Assembly (NCBI GenBank): GCA_965249885.1
Contig: OZ252254.1
Span: 252,013 to 316,012, forward strand
Length of the DNA: 64,000 nt
From: Pedobacter sp.
GTDB taxonomy: Bacteria > Bacteroidota > Bacteroidia > Sphingobacteriales > Sphingobacteriaceae
Direction: 5' to 3'
Of this stretch, positions 27,280 through 35,400 are shown piece after piece. The stretch's first letter is position 1. Every line of letters begins with the position of its first letter. Position numbers and translations under genes: made by a program. The notes under the pieces were generated by a model. That model made no database searches. It worked only from the letters and a program-made list of their open reading frames with translations, and was not told the origin of the DNA.

Positions 27280-28428
27280 CTATTGGTTAAAGTTTACAGT
27301 TACGATTTTATCTTTTAGGTTAAATTTAGCGTGGGTTACGGTGCTCAGCATTTCCAGCACCTGATTTAAAGTGGCTTGCCTGCGGATGCTTCCTGTTATA
27401 CTTTGAGCGCTAACATGGCCTTCATAGGCAATTTGGACGTCGTACCATCTGGCGATTTGGTCTAGTACGTCTTTAATTTGATCTTCCTTGAAATAGAAAA
27501 CGCCTTCTTTCCAAGCAATTGATTTATATACTTCTGTTTGCTGTATGGAAATTTCCCCTGCATTAACGAATGCCTCCTGACCAGGTTTCAGGAATTTTTC
27601 ACCTTTGCCATCTGTAACGCTAACCGATCCTTCAATCAATGTAGTGGTGCTGGTTTTACCATAAGTATTGATGTTAAAATGCGTACCAAAAACCTTAACC
27701 TGTGTATCATTAAACGCCACAATAAACGGTTTGGCAGGTAAGTGAGCCACCTCAAAATAAGCTTCGCCTTTTAACTCAACTCGTCGTTCATCTCCATCAA
27801 AATTCTCCGGAAAGCGAAGATATGAGGAAGCATTTAACCAAACCTTAGTGCCATCAGGCAGTACTATTTGGTATTCTCCCGCTCTTGGTGTACGGAGCGA
27901 ATTGACGCCATTTTCGTGCAACTTTTTACGCTTAGCATTGAAGTAGATTGTTCCCTGCTTAACATCAAAGTTACCCGCTTCACGTTCGGCAATCGACTTA
28001 CCATCTAAATGAACTATAAGTCCGTCTGAAAGTTCAAGAATGGCTTTTTTATCTCCAGGAGCTACGTCGTAGGCGGTTTCCTGATCAGAAATTGTGTGAT
28101 AATTGCGCTGATAAAGATAGACCCCCAAGAAAGAAAAACTAACTATAACCGCAGCGGCGTAAGGCAGCCACAGCCTAAACAAAGATTTTGTTTTAACCTG
28201 CGTAAGCTGTTGAAAGTTCTTCCATTGTGCATTTACATCTACCTGATTTAACGAGTTAATTCCTACTTGAATATTTTGCGTATCTCTAAAACTCTCTAGA
28301 AGGGATTTGTTAGCATCGCTTTCTGCTAGCCAAGCTTGCAACTCATTATTTTCCTGATCGTTGATTTCATTTTTCAAAAATTTCACAATCAGCGATGCAA
28401 TATATTCGAAGTCTTTTTGAGGTGTCAT
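27280..28428 (-). CDS. fecR: FecR family anti-sigma factor
   Basis: TM WLPYAAAVIVSFSFLGVYLY; LPDGTKVWLNASSYL; RRVELKGEAYFEV; VFGTHFN. Confidence 0.93.
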   Translation of the reverse strand: MTPQKDFEYIASLIVKFLKNEINDQENNELQAWLAESDANKSLLESFRDTQNIQVGINSLNQVDVNAQWKNFQQLTQVKTKSLFRLWLPYAAAVIVSFSFLGVYLYQRNYHTISDQETAYDVAPGDKKAILELSDGLIVHLDGKSIAEREAGNFDVKQGTIYFNAKRKKLHENGVNSLRTPRAGEYQIVLPDGTKVWLNASSYLRFPENFDGDERRVELKGEAYFEVAHLPAKPFIVAFNDTQVKVFGTHFNINTYGKTSTTTLIEGSVSVTDGKGEKFLKPGQEAFVNAGEISIQQTEVYKSIAWKEGVFYFKEDQIKDVLDQIARWYDVQIAYEGHVSAQSITGSIRRQATLNQVLEMLSTVTHAKFNLKDKIVTVNFNQ

Positions 28429-28494
28429 ATCCTTAAAGAAACTTCAAACAGAAAAAGGGGTGACGAGAAATTGGATTTTTTTTAAAAATTTATA

Positions 28495-29040
28495 TTATTT
28501 CAATAAAAACATTAAAGTAATGGCAAAAAAATCAGGGTTCAATCTCGTTCTTAACAATTGTAAACCTCGTTTCTTTTGTGTTTTTACCGTATTGATGCTA
28601 ATTCCTAAAACATCGGCAATTTCTTGATTTTTTAAGCCATCAAGATAGCCCATTTTAAATACCTGTTGGCAGCCTTTCGGCAAAGAAGATAAGATTTTAT
28701 TGATTTCTGACAGCACTTCCGATTTGATCATTAAATTAAGTGCTACTGCTTCTTCAATCGGTTCTGTTTGTTGCAACTGTAAATACGCCTGCTCAATTTT
28801 TTCCCTTCTGAGCTTATTTAAACAGCCATTTTTAACGCTTTGATACAAAAATCCTTTAACCGAACCAACTTTTTGTTTCTCTTCTTCTTTAAGGTTCCAG
28901 TACATGATAAAAGTTTCCTGCACCACATCATTAGCAACTACAGCATCATTTAATAGCTGTGTCGCAAAATAACATAGTTTAGCATAATTGTCTTTAAACA
29001 ACTGCTCAAATGTAACTTGGCCTTCTACTAATTTTATCAA
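28495..29040 (-). CDS. ECF RNA polymerase sigma-70 factor (Bacteroidota expansion type)
   Basis: ANDVVQETFIMYW, FLYQSVKNGCLN, GLKNQEIADVLGISINTVKTQ. Confidence 0.93.
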   Translation of the reverse strand: MIKLVEGQVTFEQLFKDNYAKLCYFATQLLNDAVVANDVVQETFIMYWNLKEEEKQKVGSVKGFLYQSVKNGCLNKLRREKIEQAYLQLQQTEPIEEAVALNLMIKSEVLSEINKILSSLPKGCQQVFKMGYLDGLKNQEIADVLGISINTVKTQKKRGLQLLRTRLNPDFFAITLMFLLK

Positions 29041-29136
29041 GAAATTTTATCTTACAGCAGATTCAAATTCAAATTTAAAGTTAATCCGTCAGTAAAACAA
29101 TAGGTTGTAATGCATAGCCACTTATTTTAATCTTTC

Positions 29137-29144
29137 TATCTTTG
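29137..29144 (+). promoter_or_regulatory. -7 promoter element (TATCTTTG)
   Basis: Exact TAnnTTTG 20 nt before the ATG at 29165. Confidence 0.6.
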
Positions 29145-29164
29145 TGCATTATTAGCAAAATAAA

Positions 29165-29992
29165 ATGATAGCAATAGGCAAATACAATCAATTACGGGTG
29201 GCAGCAAAAAATAGTCAGGGTTTAAGCTTAACTGATGGCACTACAGAAGTATTACTTCCAATTCAAGAGTTAAGCAATGATTTGGCTTTGGGAGATGAAG
29301 TGGATGCCTTTATTTACCTTAACAAAGACGGTAATACCATCGCAACTTTGAAAGAGGTGTTTGCTACGGCGGATGAGTTTGCTTATTTACAAGTAGTAGC
29401 TGTAAATGATGACGGTGCTTTTTTGGACATTGGTACAGACAAAGATATTTTCGTTCCAAAAAGAGAGCAAAAAAAACCAATGGAACTTGGAGAGAGTTAT
29501 GTAGTATTTGTTTATTTAGATGAATTTTCCAACAAGCTTTTAGCGTCGTCAAAAGTAGATCAGTTTGTGGACCACCAAAACTTTGATTTTGAAGAAGGTG
29601 ATGCTGTTGATTTATTAATTATAGACAAATCTGATTTAGGTTATAATGCCATCATCAACAATGAGTTTATTGGCTTACTTTATCATAATGAGGTTTTCTC
29701 AAATATTGAACCTGGACAAAGAACTACTGGTTGGATCAAAACAATTAGAGTTGACGGTAAAATAGATTTAACCTTGCAGCCATCGGGTTTTGGCCACATC
29801 TTAGAAACTAAAGATTACATTTTAGAAGAACTAAAAGTAGTTGGCGAAATCAACTTAGGTGATAAGAGCTCTCCTGATGAAATATATAACCGATTTCAAG
29901 TGAGCAAAAGCGCATTTAAAAAAGCCATTGGCGGCTTGTATAAAGAGCGTTTAATTACTCTTTCTGATTATCAGATTAAGTTGGTGAAATAG
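29165..29992 (+). CDS. cvfB: CvfB/YitL family S1-domain RNA-binding protein
   Basis: Tandem S1-like repeats (GAFLDIG..KDIFVP) and C-terminal winged helix DKSSPDEI...SKSAFKKAIGGLYK. Confidence 0.88.
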   Translation: MIAIGKYNQLRVAAKNSQGLSLTDGTTEVLLPIQELSNDLALGDEVDAFIYLNKDGNTIATLKEVFATADEFAYLQVVAVNDDGAFLDIGTDKDIFVPKREQKKPMELGESYVVFVYLDEFSNKLLASSKVDQFVDHQNFDFEEGDAVDLLIIDKSDLGYNAIINNEFIGLLYHNEVFSNIEPGQRTTGWIKTIRVDGKIDLTLQPSGFGHILETKDYILEELKVVGEINLGDKSSPDEIYNRFQVSKSAFKKAIGGLYKERLITLSDYQIKLVK

Positions 29993-29999
29993 CAAACCG

Positions 30000-30276
30000 G
30001 TCATTGCACGTTGTTGCTGCGAGTATGAAACAATCTATTAACCTGAGTTCGATTATTATCTATTTGATTTACAATACTATAAATTATTTTCTAGCTAACT
30101 GACCCTGATCCCGAAGGTTCGGGACAGGGTGACGGCGAATTGGCGTTTCGTCATACTGTCCCGAATGTTCGCGATCATTATAAGTATTTAAAGCTAATTA
30201 GCAATCATTTAATAATCTAACTCGGGTTATTATGAAATTAGAAATAACTTAGATTGCTTCGAGCCTAGCAATGACG
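30000..30276. repeat. Nested REP-like palindromic elements
   Basis: Outer arms 30000-30049 and 30219-30276 (30251-30276 is 24/26 identical to the 34690-34715 arm); inner inverted pair 30106-30134 / 30149-30177 (24/29). Confidence 0.7.
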
Positions 30277-30289
30277 AGGCCTGCAAAAT

Positions 30290-30325
30290 AAAAAGGAGCA
30301 AATTCTGATCCGCTCCTTTTTTTTT
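30290..30325. terminator. Bidirectional intrinsic terminator
   Basis: aaaaaggagc...gctccttttt with A and T tails between convergent genes. Confidence 0.75.
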
Positions 30326-30334
30326 CACTTAATG

Positions 30335-30411
30335 CCAACTGTTAACTGAAAACTGTTAATCGAAAACTGAAAACTGTTAACTGAAAACTGCCTACTGAAA
30401 ACCGTTAGCTG
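30335..30411. repeat. Heptamer tandem array NNAACTG (11 units)
   Basis: CCAACTG TTAACTG AAAACTG TTAATCG AAAACTG AAAACTG TTAACTG AAAACTG CCTACTG AAAACCG TTAGCTG; the last unit contains the metZ stop. Confidence 0.9.
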
Positions 30412-31571
30412 CCTAACGCCTGCTCAATATCTTTCAAAATATCATCAATATGTTCTAAACCAATTGACAAACGGATAGAACCCTGTTCAATACCTACAAT
30501 ATTTCGTTCTTCTTCGGTAAGTTTACTGTGTGTACTTGTAGCAGGATGTGTTGCGATAGATCTAGTATCGGCTAAATTCGCAGAAATAGAGAACATCTTC
30601 AAGCCATCCATAAATTTTCTTGCACCTTCTACCCCACCTTCAACTACAATCGTAACGATACCTCCACCTTGTTTCATTTGCTTTTTGGCAATTTCATGCT
30701 GTGGATGCGAAGCTAAAAATGGATACTTCACCAATTTAATTTTAGGATGTTTCTCTAAATATTCGGCCACTTTAAGGGCGTTTTCACAATGGCGATCCAT
30801 ACGTACAGCCAAAGTTTCCAAGCTCTTCGATAAAATCCAAGCATTAAAAGGAGAAAGTGCCGGACCGCTGTGGCGGGCAAAAGCAACCACTTCAGCAATT
30901 AATGCCTTGCTTCCTAAAATCATGCCTCCAAGTGCACGTCCTTGTCCATCAATGTATTTTGTAGCTGAATGGATAGAGATATCAGCACCTAACCTAATTG
31001 GTTGCTGCAAATAAGGTGTAGCAAAGCAATTATCTACCACCAGCAAAGCATTGTGTTTTTTTGCTAATCCGGCTAAAAACGCTAAGTCAATAATATCAAT
31101 ACCAGGATTTGACGGCGTTTCAACGAAAATGATCTTAGTGTTCGATTTTATTAACGCTTCCCAGTCCTGTGGCTTATCCAAATCTGCATAATCAAAGGTT
31201 ACTCCCCACTTAGCAAATACATTGGTAAGCAATTGGTGAGTTGAGCCAAAAACTGAGCGACTAGAAACGATATGATCGCCATTTTTTAGAAAGGCCGCAA
31301 AAGTGGTAAAAATTGCAGCCATACCTGTTGCAGTAGCAAATCCATCTTCCGCACCTTCCAATAGTGCCATCTTCTCAATAAATTCCGAAGTATTTGGATT
31401 AGAATAACGGCTGTAGACATTGCCTTCCTTTTCGTTGGCAAATAAAGCACGCATCTCTTCCGCATCATCAAACTTATAACTAGAAGTTAAATAAATTGGT
31501 GCAGAGTGTTCTTTATGTAAACTCCTTTCGGTTTGAGTGCGTATAGCGATGGTTTCGAAATTATCAGACAT
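30405..31571 (-). CDS. metZ: O-succinylhomoserine sulfhydrylase / trans-sulfuration PLP enzyme
   Basis: YSRYSNP, ETPSNP, VDNCFATP, HSATKYIDGQGR (PLP lysine), IRLSIGLE. Confidence 0.85.
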   Translation of the reverse strand: MSDNFETIAIRTQTERSLHKEHSAPIYLTSSYKFDDAEEMRALFANEKEGNVYSRYSNPNTSEFIEKMALLEGAEDGFATATGMAAIFTTFAAFLKNGDHIVSSRSVFGSTHQLLTNVFAKWGVTFDYADLDKPQDWEALIKSNTKIIFVETPSNPGIDIIDLAFLAGLAKKHNALLVVDNCFATPYLQQPIRLGADISIHSATKYIDGQGRALGGMILGSKALIAEVVAFARHSGPALSPFNAWILSKSLETLAVRMDRHCENALKVAEYLEKHPKIKLVKYPFLASHPQHEIAKKQMKQGGGIVTIVVEGGVEGARKFMDGLKMFSISANLADTRSIATHPATSTHSKLTEEERNIVGIEQGSIRLSIGLEHIDDILKDIEQALGS

Positions 31572-31578
31572 TATATTG

Positions 31579-31662
31579 AAGTATCTAGATTTAAGTATTG
31601 ATTATTAAGACAGTATAACGAGTACAAGTTTTTAATCTTGATACTCGATACTTATTACTTGT
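31579..31662. repeat. Inverted heptamer arrays filling the osmC-metZ spacer
   Basis: aagtatc tagattt aagtatt... facing tcttgat actcgat acttatt acttgtt. Confidence 0.6.
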
Positions 31663-32074
31663 TACTAATAGTATATGTAAATTTTATAGTTGCTGATCTG
31701 CCCAAAATATTAGAAACAGAGCAGTATTTATCAAAAGTCATTTGTAAAGCACGTTCAACCTTCGCTACGCTTAAGTCGCCAAAAAGGTTGAATTGAATAT
31801 CAATATTTTCGAAAATTGCTGGAGTTTCATCTTCTCTTCGTGTGGCTTTGATATTGATTTTGATGTCTTTTAAATCTTCCTTTTGCTTAGTAAGGATATT
31901 TACCATATCAATGCCGCTGCAACCGCCTAAGCCAACAAGAAGGGTTTCCATAGGTCTAAAACCCTTTCCGGTTCCGCCGATGGCAGGGTTGGCGTCTATT
32001 TCTACCGAAAAACCTCCACTATTTGTAGCTTCAAAATTAAATTTCCCGCTTTTGCGGATTAGGTTGATTTCCAT
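31655..32074 (-). CDS. OsmC/YhfA family protein
   Basis: PMETLLVGLGGCSGID and DKYCSVS two-Cys motifs. Confidence 0.88.
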   Translation of the reverse strand: MEINLIRKSGKFNFEATNSGGFSVEIDANPAIGGTGKGFRPMETLLVGLGGCSGIDMVNILTKQKEDLKDIKINIKATRREDETPAIFENIDIQFNLFGDLSVAKVERALQMTFDKYCSVSNILGRSATIKFTYTISNK

Positions 32075-32077
32075 ATC

Positions 32078-32140
32078 TAGTATTGGGTATTGAGATGTGA
32101 GATGTGAGACCTTATGCCCTAAATCTCATGTCCAATACCT
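32078..32140. repeat. Inverted heptamer arrays filling the ispE-osmC spacer
   Basis: TAGTATT GGGTATT GAGATGT GAGATGT GAGACCT facing AAATCTC ATGTCC AATACCT. Confidence 0.7.
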
Positions 32141-32943
32141 TATAAATTATAAAAAACTAAATTATCTTTTTCTAATTCCGGCAATTTCACCTCATTCTCA
32201 AAAATTCCAAAAACAGATGATCCGCTCCCACTCATCAGCGCAAATTTAGCTCCTGCTTGGTAAAGCTTTGTCTTTATTTGTTCAATTTGTGGATATTGTT
32301 GGAACACTGATGGCTCGAAATCATTGAAAATATGAGCTTGCCAATCTTGTAAGGGCAAATGTATCAAATCTTTTAAAGAAGTAGAAGGTTGCTTTACATT
32401 TACTTTGCTGTAAGCCTGTGCAGTAGAAACATGTACAGGCGGCTTAACCAACACCAAGTAATACGCCGATAAGTCAACGGATAGCTCTTCAAATTCATCG
32501 CCTTTGGCAAAAGCATAAGTAGGTTTGTTTTTCACAAAAAATGCGCAATCAGCACCAAGAGGCCTTACATAGGCTTCCATTTGTTCTGCGGATAAACCTA
32601 AATTGAATTTCTGATTAACGAGTTTGACCAAAAAAGCAGCGTCCGAACTTCCACCTCCTAAACCTGCACCAACTGGTATATTTTTAAGCAGTACAATTTG
32701 TTGGTTAGGCAAATCAAATTCTTTCTGTAGGATTTTAAATGCCTTGATACAGATATTATCACCAGCATCACCTGGAATATCAACACCTTTAATCAACATC
32801 GAAGTTTCCTCTGCATCTACCAACTCTACCACATCATTAATCCTGATGGGATAAAAAACAGTCTGCAAGTTGTGATAACCGTCAGCACGTTTTTCTGTAA
32901 GGAATAAGCCCAGATTTATTTTTGCATTTGCAAATGTTAACAT
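32140..32943 (-). CDS. ispE: 4-diphosphocytidyl-2-C-methyl-D-erythritol kinase
   Basis: NAKINLGL, IPVGAGLGGGSSDAA, GADCAFF, MSGSGSSVF. Confidence 0.95.
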   Translation of the reverse strand: MLTFANAKINLGLFLTEKRADGYHNLQTVFYPIRINDVVELVDAEETSMLIKGVDIPGDAGDNICIKAFKILQKEFDLPNQQIVLLKNIPVGAGLGGGSSDAAFLVKLVNQKFNLGLSAEQMEAYVRPLGADCAFFVKNKPTYAFAKGDEFEELSVDLSAYYLVLVKPPVHVSTAQAYSKVNVKQPSTSLKDLIHLPLQDWQAHIFNDFEPSVFQQYPQIEQIKTKLYQAGAKFALMSGSGSSVFGIFENEVKLPELEKDNLVFYNL

Positions 32944-32949
32944 CTTTTT

Positions 32950-33104
32950 GATTTTAGATTGTAGAAGTACGATTTTAGATTTAATTTAAACACAAAGACA
33001 CAAAGAGCATTAAGTTTTGAATTTTTATGTCTATGGCAACGAAGATACGAAGAGCACCAAACTTTCAGACTTACAAATCTAAAATCGTGACTCGTAAATC
33101 ACTA
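32950..33104. repeat. Inverted heptamer arrays enclosing two 8-bp doublets
   Basis: GATTTTA GATTGTA GAAGTAC GATTTTA left, aaatctaaaatcgtgactcgtaaatc right; inside, cacaaaga x2 and acgaaga(t/g) x2. Confidence 0.65.
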
Positions 33105-33692
33105 TAACCTATAACTATAGTGCCCAATAATTTTCCAAGCGAATAAAATATCTTCAGCAACCTGCCCTCCTCCAATATTATGCACAAGAAGATAACGCTT
33201 GCCATCACTAGATTTTTTGTCAACCACCAAACCAATGTGCAACTGCCTGCCGTTTAAATCCCAACATACGATATCTCCCGGTTGGTAATCTGCTGCATTT
33301 TTAGTAATCGGTTTTACTTTGCCTTTGCGCTTAAAGAAAACCATTAAATTAGGTACCCGTCTGTGGTCTATGTTTTTATCTGTAGTTTTGCGTCCCCAGT
33401 TTTTTGGATACAAACCAAAATTAGCCTTCATATCTTCGTGTACTTCTTGCTGTAAATCGACACCTAATTTACGGTAAGCACGTATCACTACATCGGTGCA
33501 AACGCCAGTATTTGCAGGCACATCTCCTCCAGGATACTTCAATTTTACATAAGCTGGATCGTAAACTATAGCTGGGTTAACAATTGCAATACCTGCATCC
33601 GAAAGCTTTTGTGGCGTAACAGTTTGAGCAAAGCTTGCCGTGAAAAACAAACTACTTAAAACAACGAAACGTACTATTTTTCTGAACATCAT
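33102..33692 (-). CDS. DUF1287 (YijF-like) secreted protein
   Basis: Signal peptide; YPGGDVP..TGVCTDVVIRAYR, DKNIDHRRVPNL, HIGLV, VHNIG. Confidence 0.88.
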   Translation of the reverse strand: MMFRKIVRFVVLSSLFFTASFAQTVTPQKLSDAGIAIVNPAIVYDPAYVKLKYPGGDVPANTGVCTDVVIRAYRKLGVDLQQEVHEDMKANFGLYPKNWGRKTTDKNIDHRRVPNLMVFFKRKGKVKPITKNAADYQPGDIVCWDLNGRQLHIGLVVDKKSSDGKRYLLVHNIGGGQVAEDILFAWKIIGHYSYRL

Positions 33693-33803
33693 GGTTTAGC
33701 AAATCTAGTTGATTTTGAAGATAAAATCTCGATTTTGATCATAGAATTCTAACAATCATCAACACTGTTGAAAAACATAAATACGAGGTTGATTTTTAAT
33801 AGC

Positions 33804-33811
33804 TAGATTTG
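33804..33811 (+). promoter_or_regulatory. -7 promoter element (TAGATTTG) for thyA
   Basis: Exact TAnnTTTG 39 nt upstream of the thyA ATG. Confidence 0.55.
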
Positions 33812-33850
33812 TGTTTCACTTTTTAAAAGCCCCTTTAGGGGTTTGGGGTT

Positions 33851-34645
33851 ATGAAACAGTATTTAGATTTGATGCAACATGTGCTTGATAACGGCACACA
33901 AAAACACGATAGAACGGGAACGGGTACCATCAGCGTATTTGGTTATCAAATGCGTTTCAATTTGCAAGAGGGTTTCCCGATGGTGACCACTAAAAAACTG
34001 CATTTGAAATCTATCATCCATGAGTTGATCTGGTTTTTGCAGGGCGATACCAACATTAAGTACCTAAAAGATAACGGCGTTCGTATCTGGGATGAATGGG
34101 CCGATGAAAATGGAAATTTGGGACCTGTATACGGCTCGCAATGGCGCAGCTGGCCAACCCCAAATGGTGGCCATATTGACCAAATTACTCAAATCATCAA
34201 CACCATTAAAAATAATCCGGATTCTAGGAGAATTATCGTGTCTGCTTGGAACGTAGCTGAAATTGAGAACATGGCACTCCCTCCATGTCATGCCTTTTTT
34301 CAGTTTTACGTAGCCGATGGCAAGTTAAGCTGCCAGCTGTACCAACGCAGTGCGGATATATTTTTAGGCGTACCTTTTAATATTGCTTCTTATGCTTTGT
34401 TAACGATGATGGTGGCACAGGTTTGTGGCTTAGAAGCTGGCGATTTCATTCACACTTTTGGCGACGCCCACATTTATAACAACCATTTAGAGCAGGTAAA
34501 ATTACAGTTGAGCAGAGATCCTAAACCATTGCCAACCATGAAAATCAATCCTGAGGTGAAAGATATTTTCGATTTCAAATTTGAAGATTTCGAATTGTTA
34601 AACTACGAAGCGCATCCACATATTAAAGGGATAGTAGCGGTATAA
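33851..34645 (+). CDS. thyA: Thymidylate synthase
   Basis: [43 protein letters not shown]. Confidence 0.98.
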   Translation: MKQYLDLMQHVLDNGTQKHDRTGTGTISVFGYQMRFNLQEGFPMVTTKKLHLKSIIHELIWFLQGDTNIKYLKDNGVRIWDEWADENGNLGPVYGSQWRSWPTPNGGHIDQITQIINTIKNNPDSRRIIVSAWNVAEIENMALPPCHAFFQFYVADGKLSCQLYQRSADIFLGVPFNIASYALLTMMVAQVCGLEAGDFIHTFGDAHIYNNHLEQVKLQLSRDPKPLPTMKINPEVKDIFDFKFEDFELLNYEAHPHIKGIVAV

Positions 34646-34652
34646 ATTATAT

Positions 34653-34715
34653 CGTCATTGCGAGGCACGAAGCAATCTCTTGCGCTTTAAGATTGCTTCG
34701 TGCCTCGCAATGACG
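34653..34715. repeat. Perfect 26-bp inverted repeat, CGTC-tagged REP-like doublet
   Basis: cgtcattgcgaggcacgaagcaatct (34653-34678), 11-nt loop, exact reverse complement (34690-34715). Confidence 0.9.
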
Positions 34716-34728
34716 CAACTCTGAAAGA

Positions 34729-35217
34729 ATGAACCAAACCACCATAGTTGTCGCCATAGCAGAAAATAACGCCATTGGCAAGGATAACCAGTTACTTTGG
34801 CACTTACCTGCCGATTTAAAGCATTTCAAAAATATTACTTCTGGGCATACCATCATCATGGGACGTAAAACTTACGATTCTATTGGAAAACCATTGCCAA
34901 ACAGAAGAAACATCGTTATCACCAGACAAACAGACTTAAAATTGGATGGCGTGGAAGTGGTGAACTCTTTAGATCAAGCATTGGAATTGTGCCAAAACGA
35001 AGAACAGGCATTCATTATTGGTGGAGCTGAGATTTACAGGCAAGCTACCTCGCTTTGCGATAAAATTGAATTGACCCGTGTACACCAAGAATTTGACGCA
35101 GATGCTTTTTTCCCAGAATTGGACAACGAAACTTGGGTAGAAATATGGAAAGAAGATCATTTGCCCGACGAAAAAAACAAATTCGCTTATACTTTTTCAA
35201 CTTTGGAGCGGCGCTAA
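34729..35217 (+). CDS. folA: Dihydrofolate reductase
   Basis: IGKDNQLLWHLPADLKHFK, MGRKTYDSIGKPLPNRRN, IIGGAEIY. Confidence 0.97.
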   Translation: MNQTTIVVAIAENNAIGKDNQLLWHLPADLKHFKNITSGHTIIMGRKTYDSIGKPLPNRRNIVITRQTDLKLDGVEVVNSLDQALELCQNEEQAFIIGGAEIYRQATSLCDKIELTRVHQEFDADAFFPELDNETWVEIWKEDHLPDEKNKFAYTFSTLERR

Positions 35218-35345
35218 GGTTGCCGCAAATACATGAGATGAACTATAGGCACTGCAATTAAAATCATTTGTGCCCCTGTGGCTTAATATAATTTCCACAT
35301 CCCAATAAAATTACATTTAGCAGTTCTATTATTTAAAAAAATAAT

Positions 35346-35353
35346 TAGATTTG
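35346..35353 (+). promoter_or_regulatory. -7 promoter element (TAGATTTG) for secDF
   Basis: Exact TAnnTTTG 47 nt upstream of the ATG. Confidence 0.55.
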
Positions 35354-35400
35354 CCGACTTGTTAAAAAACAGCTTATTATAAAATAGATTTAAACAAACA

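Noticed and set aside
31572-31654. SAM riboswitch before metZ
   Set aside because: The spacer is fully explained by heptamer arrays; no SAM-I/II consensus seen.
34647-34859. 70-aa minus-strand ORF (RHCEARSNL)
   Set aside because: It is a translation of the REP palindrome plus the antisense of folA.
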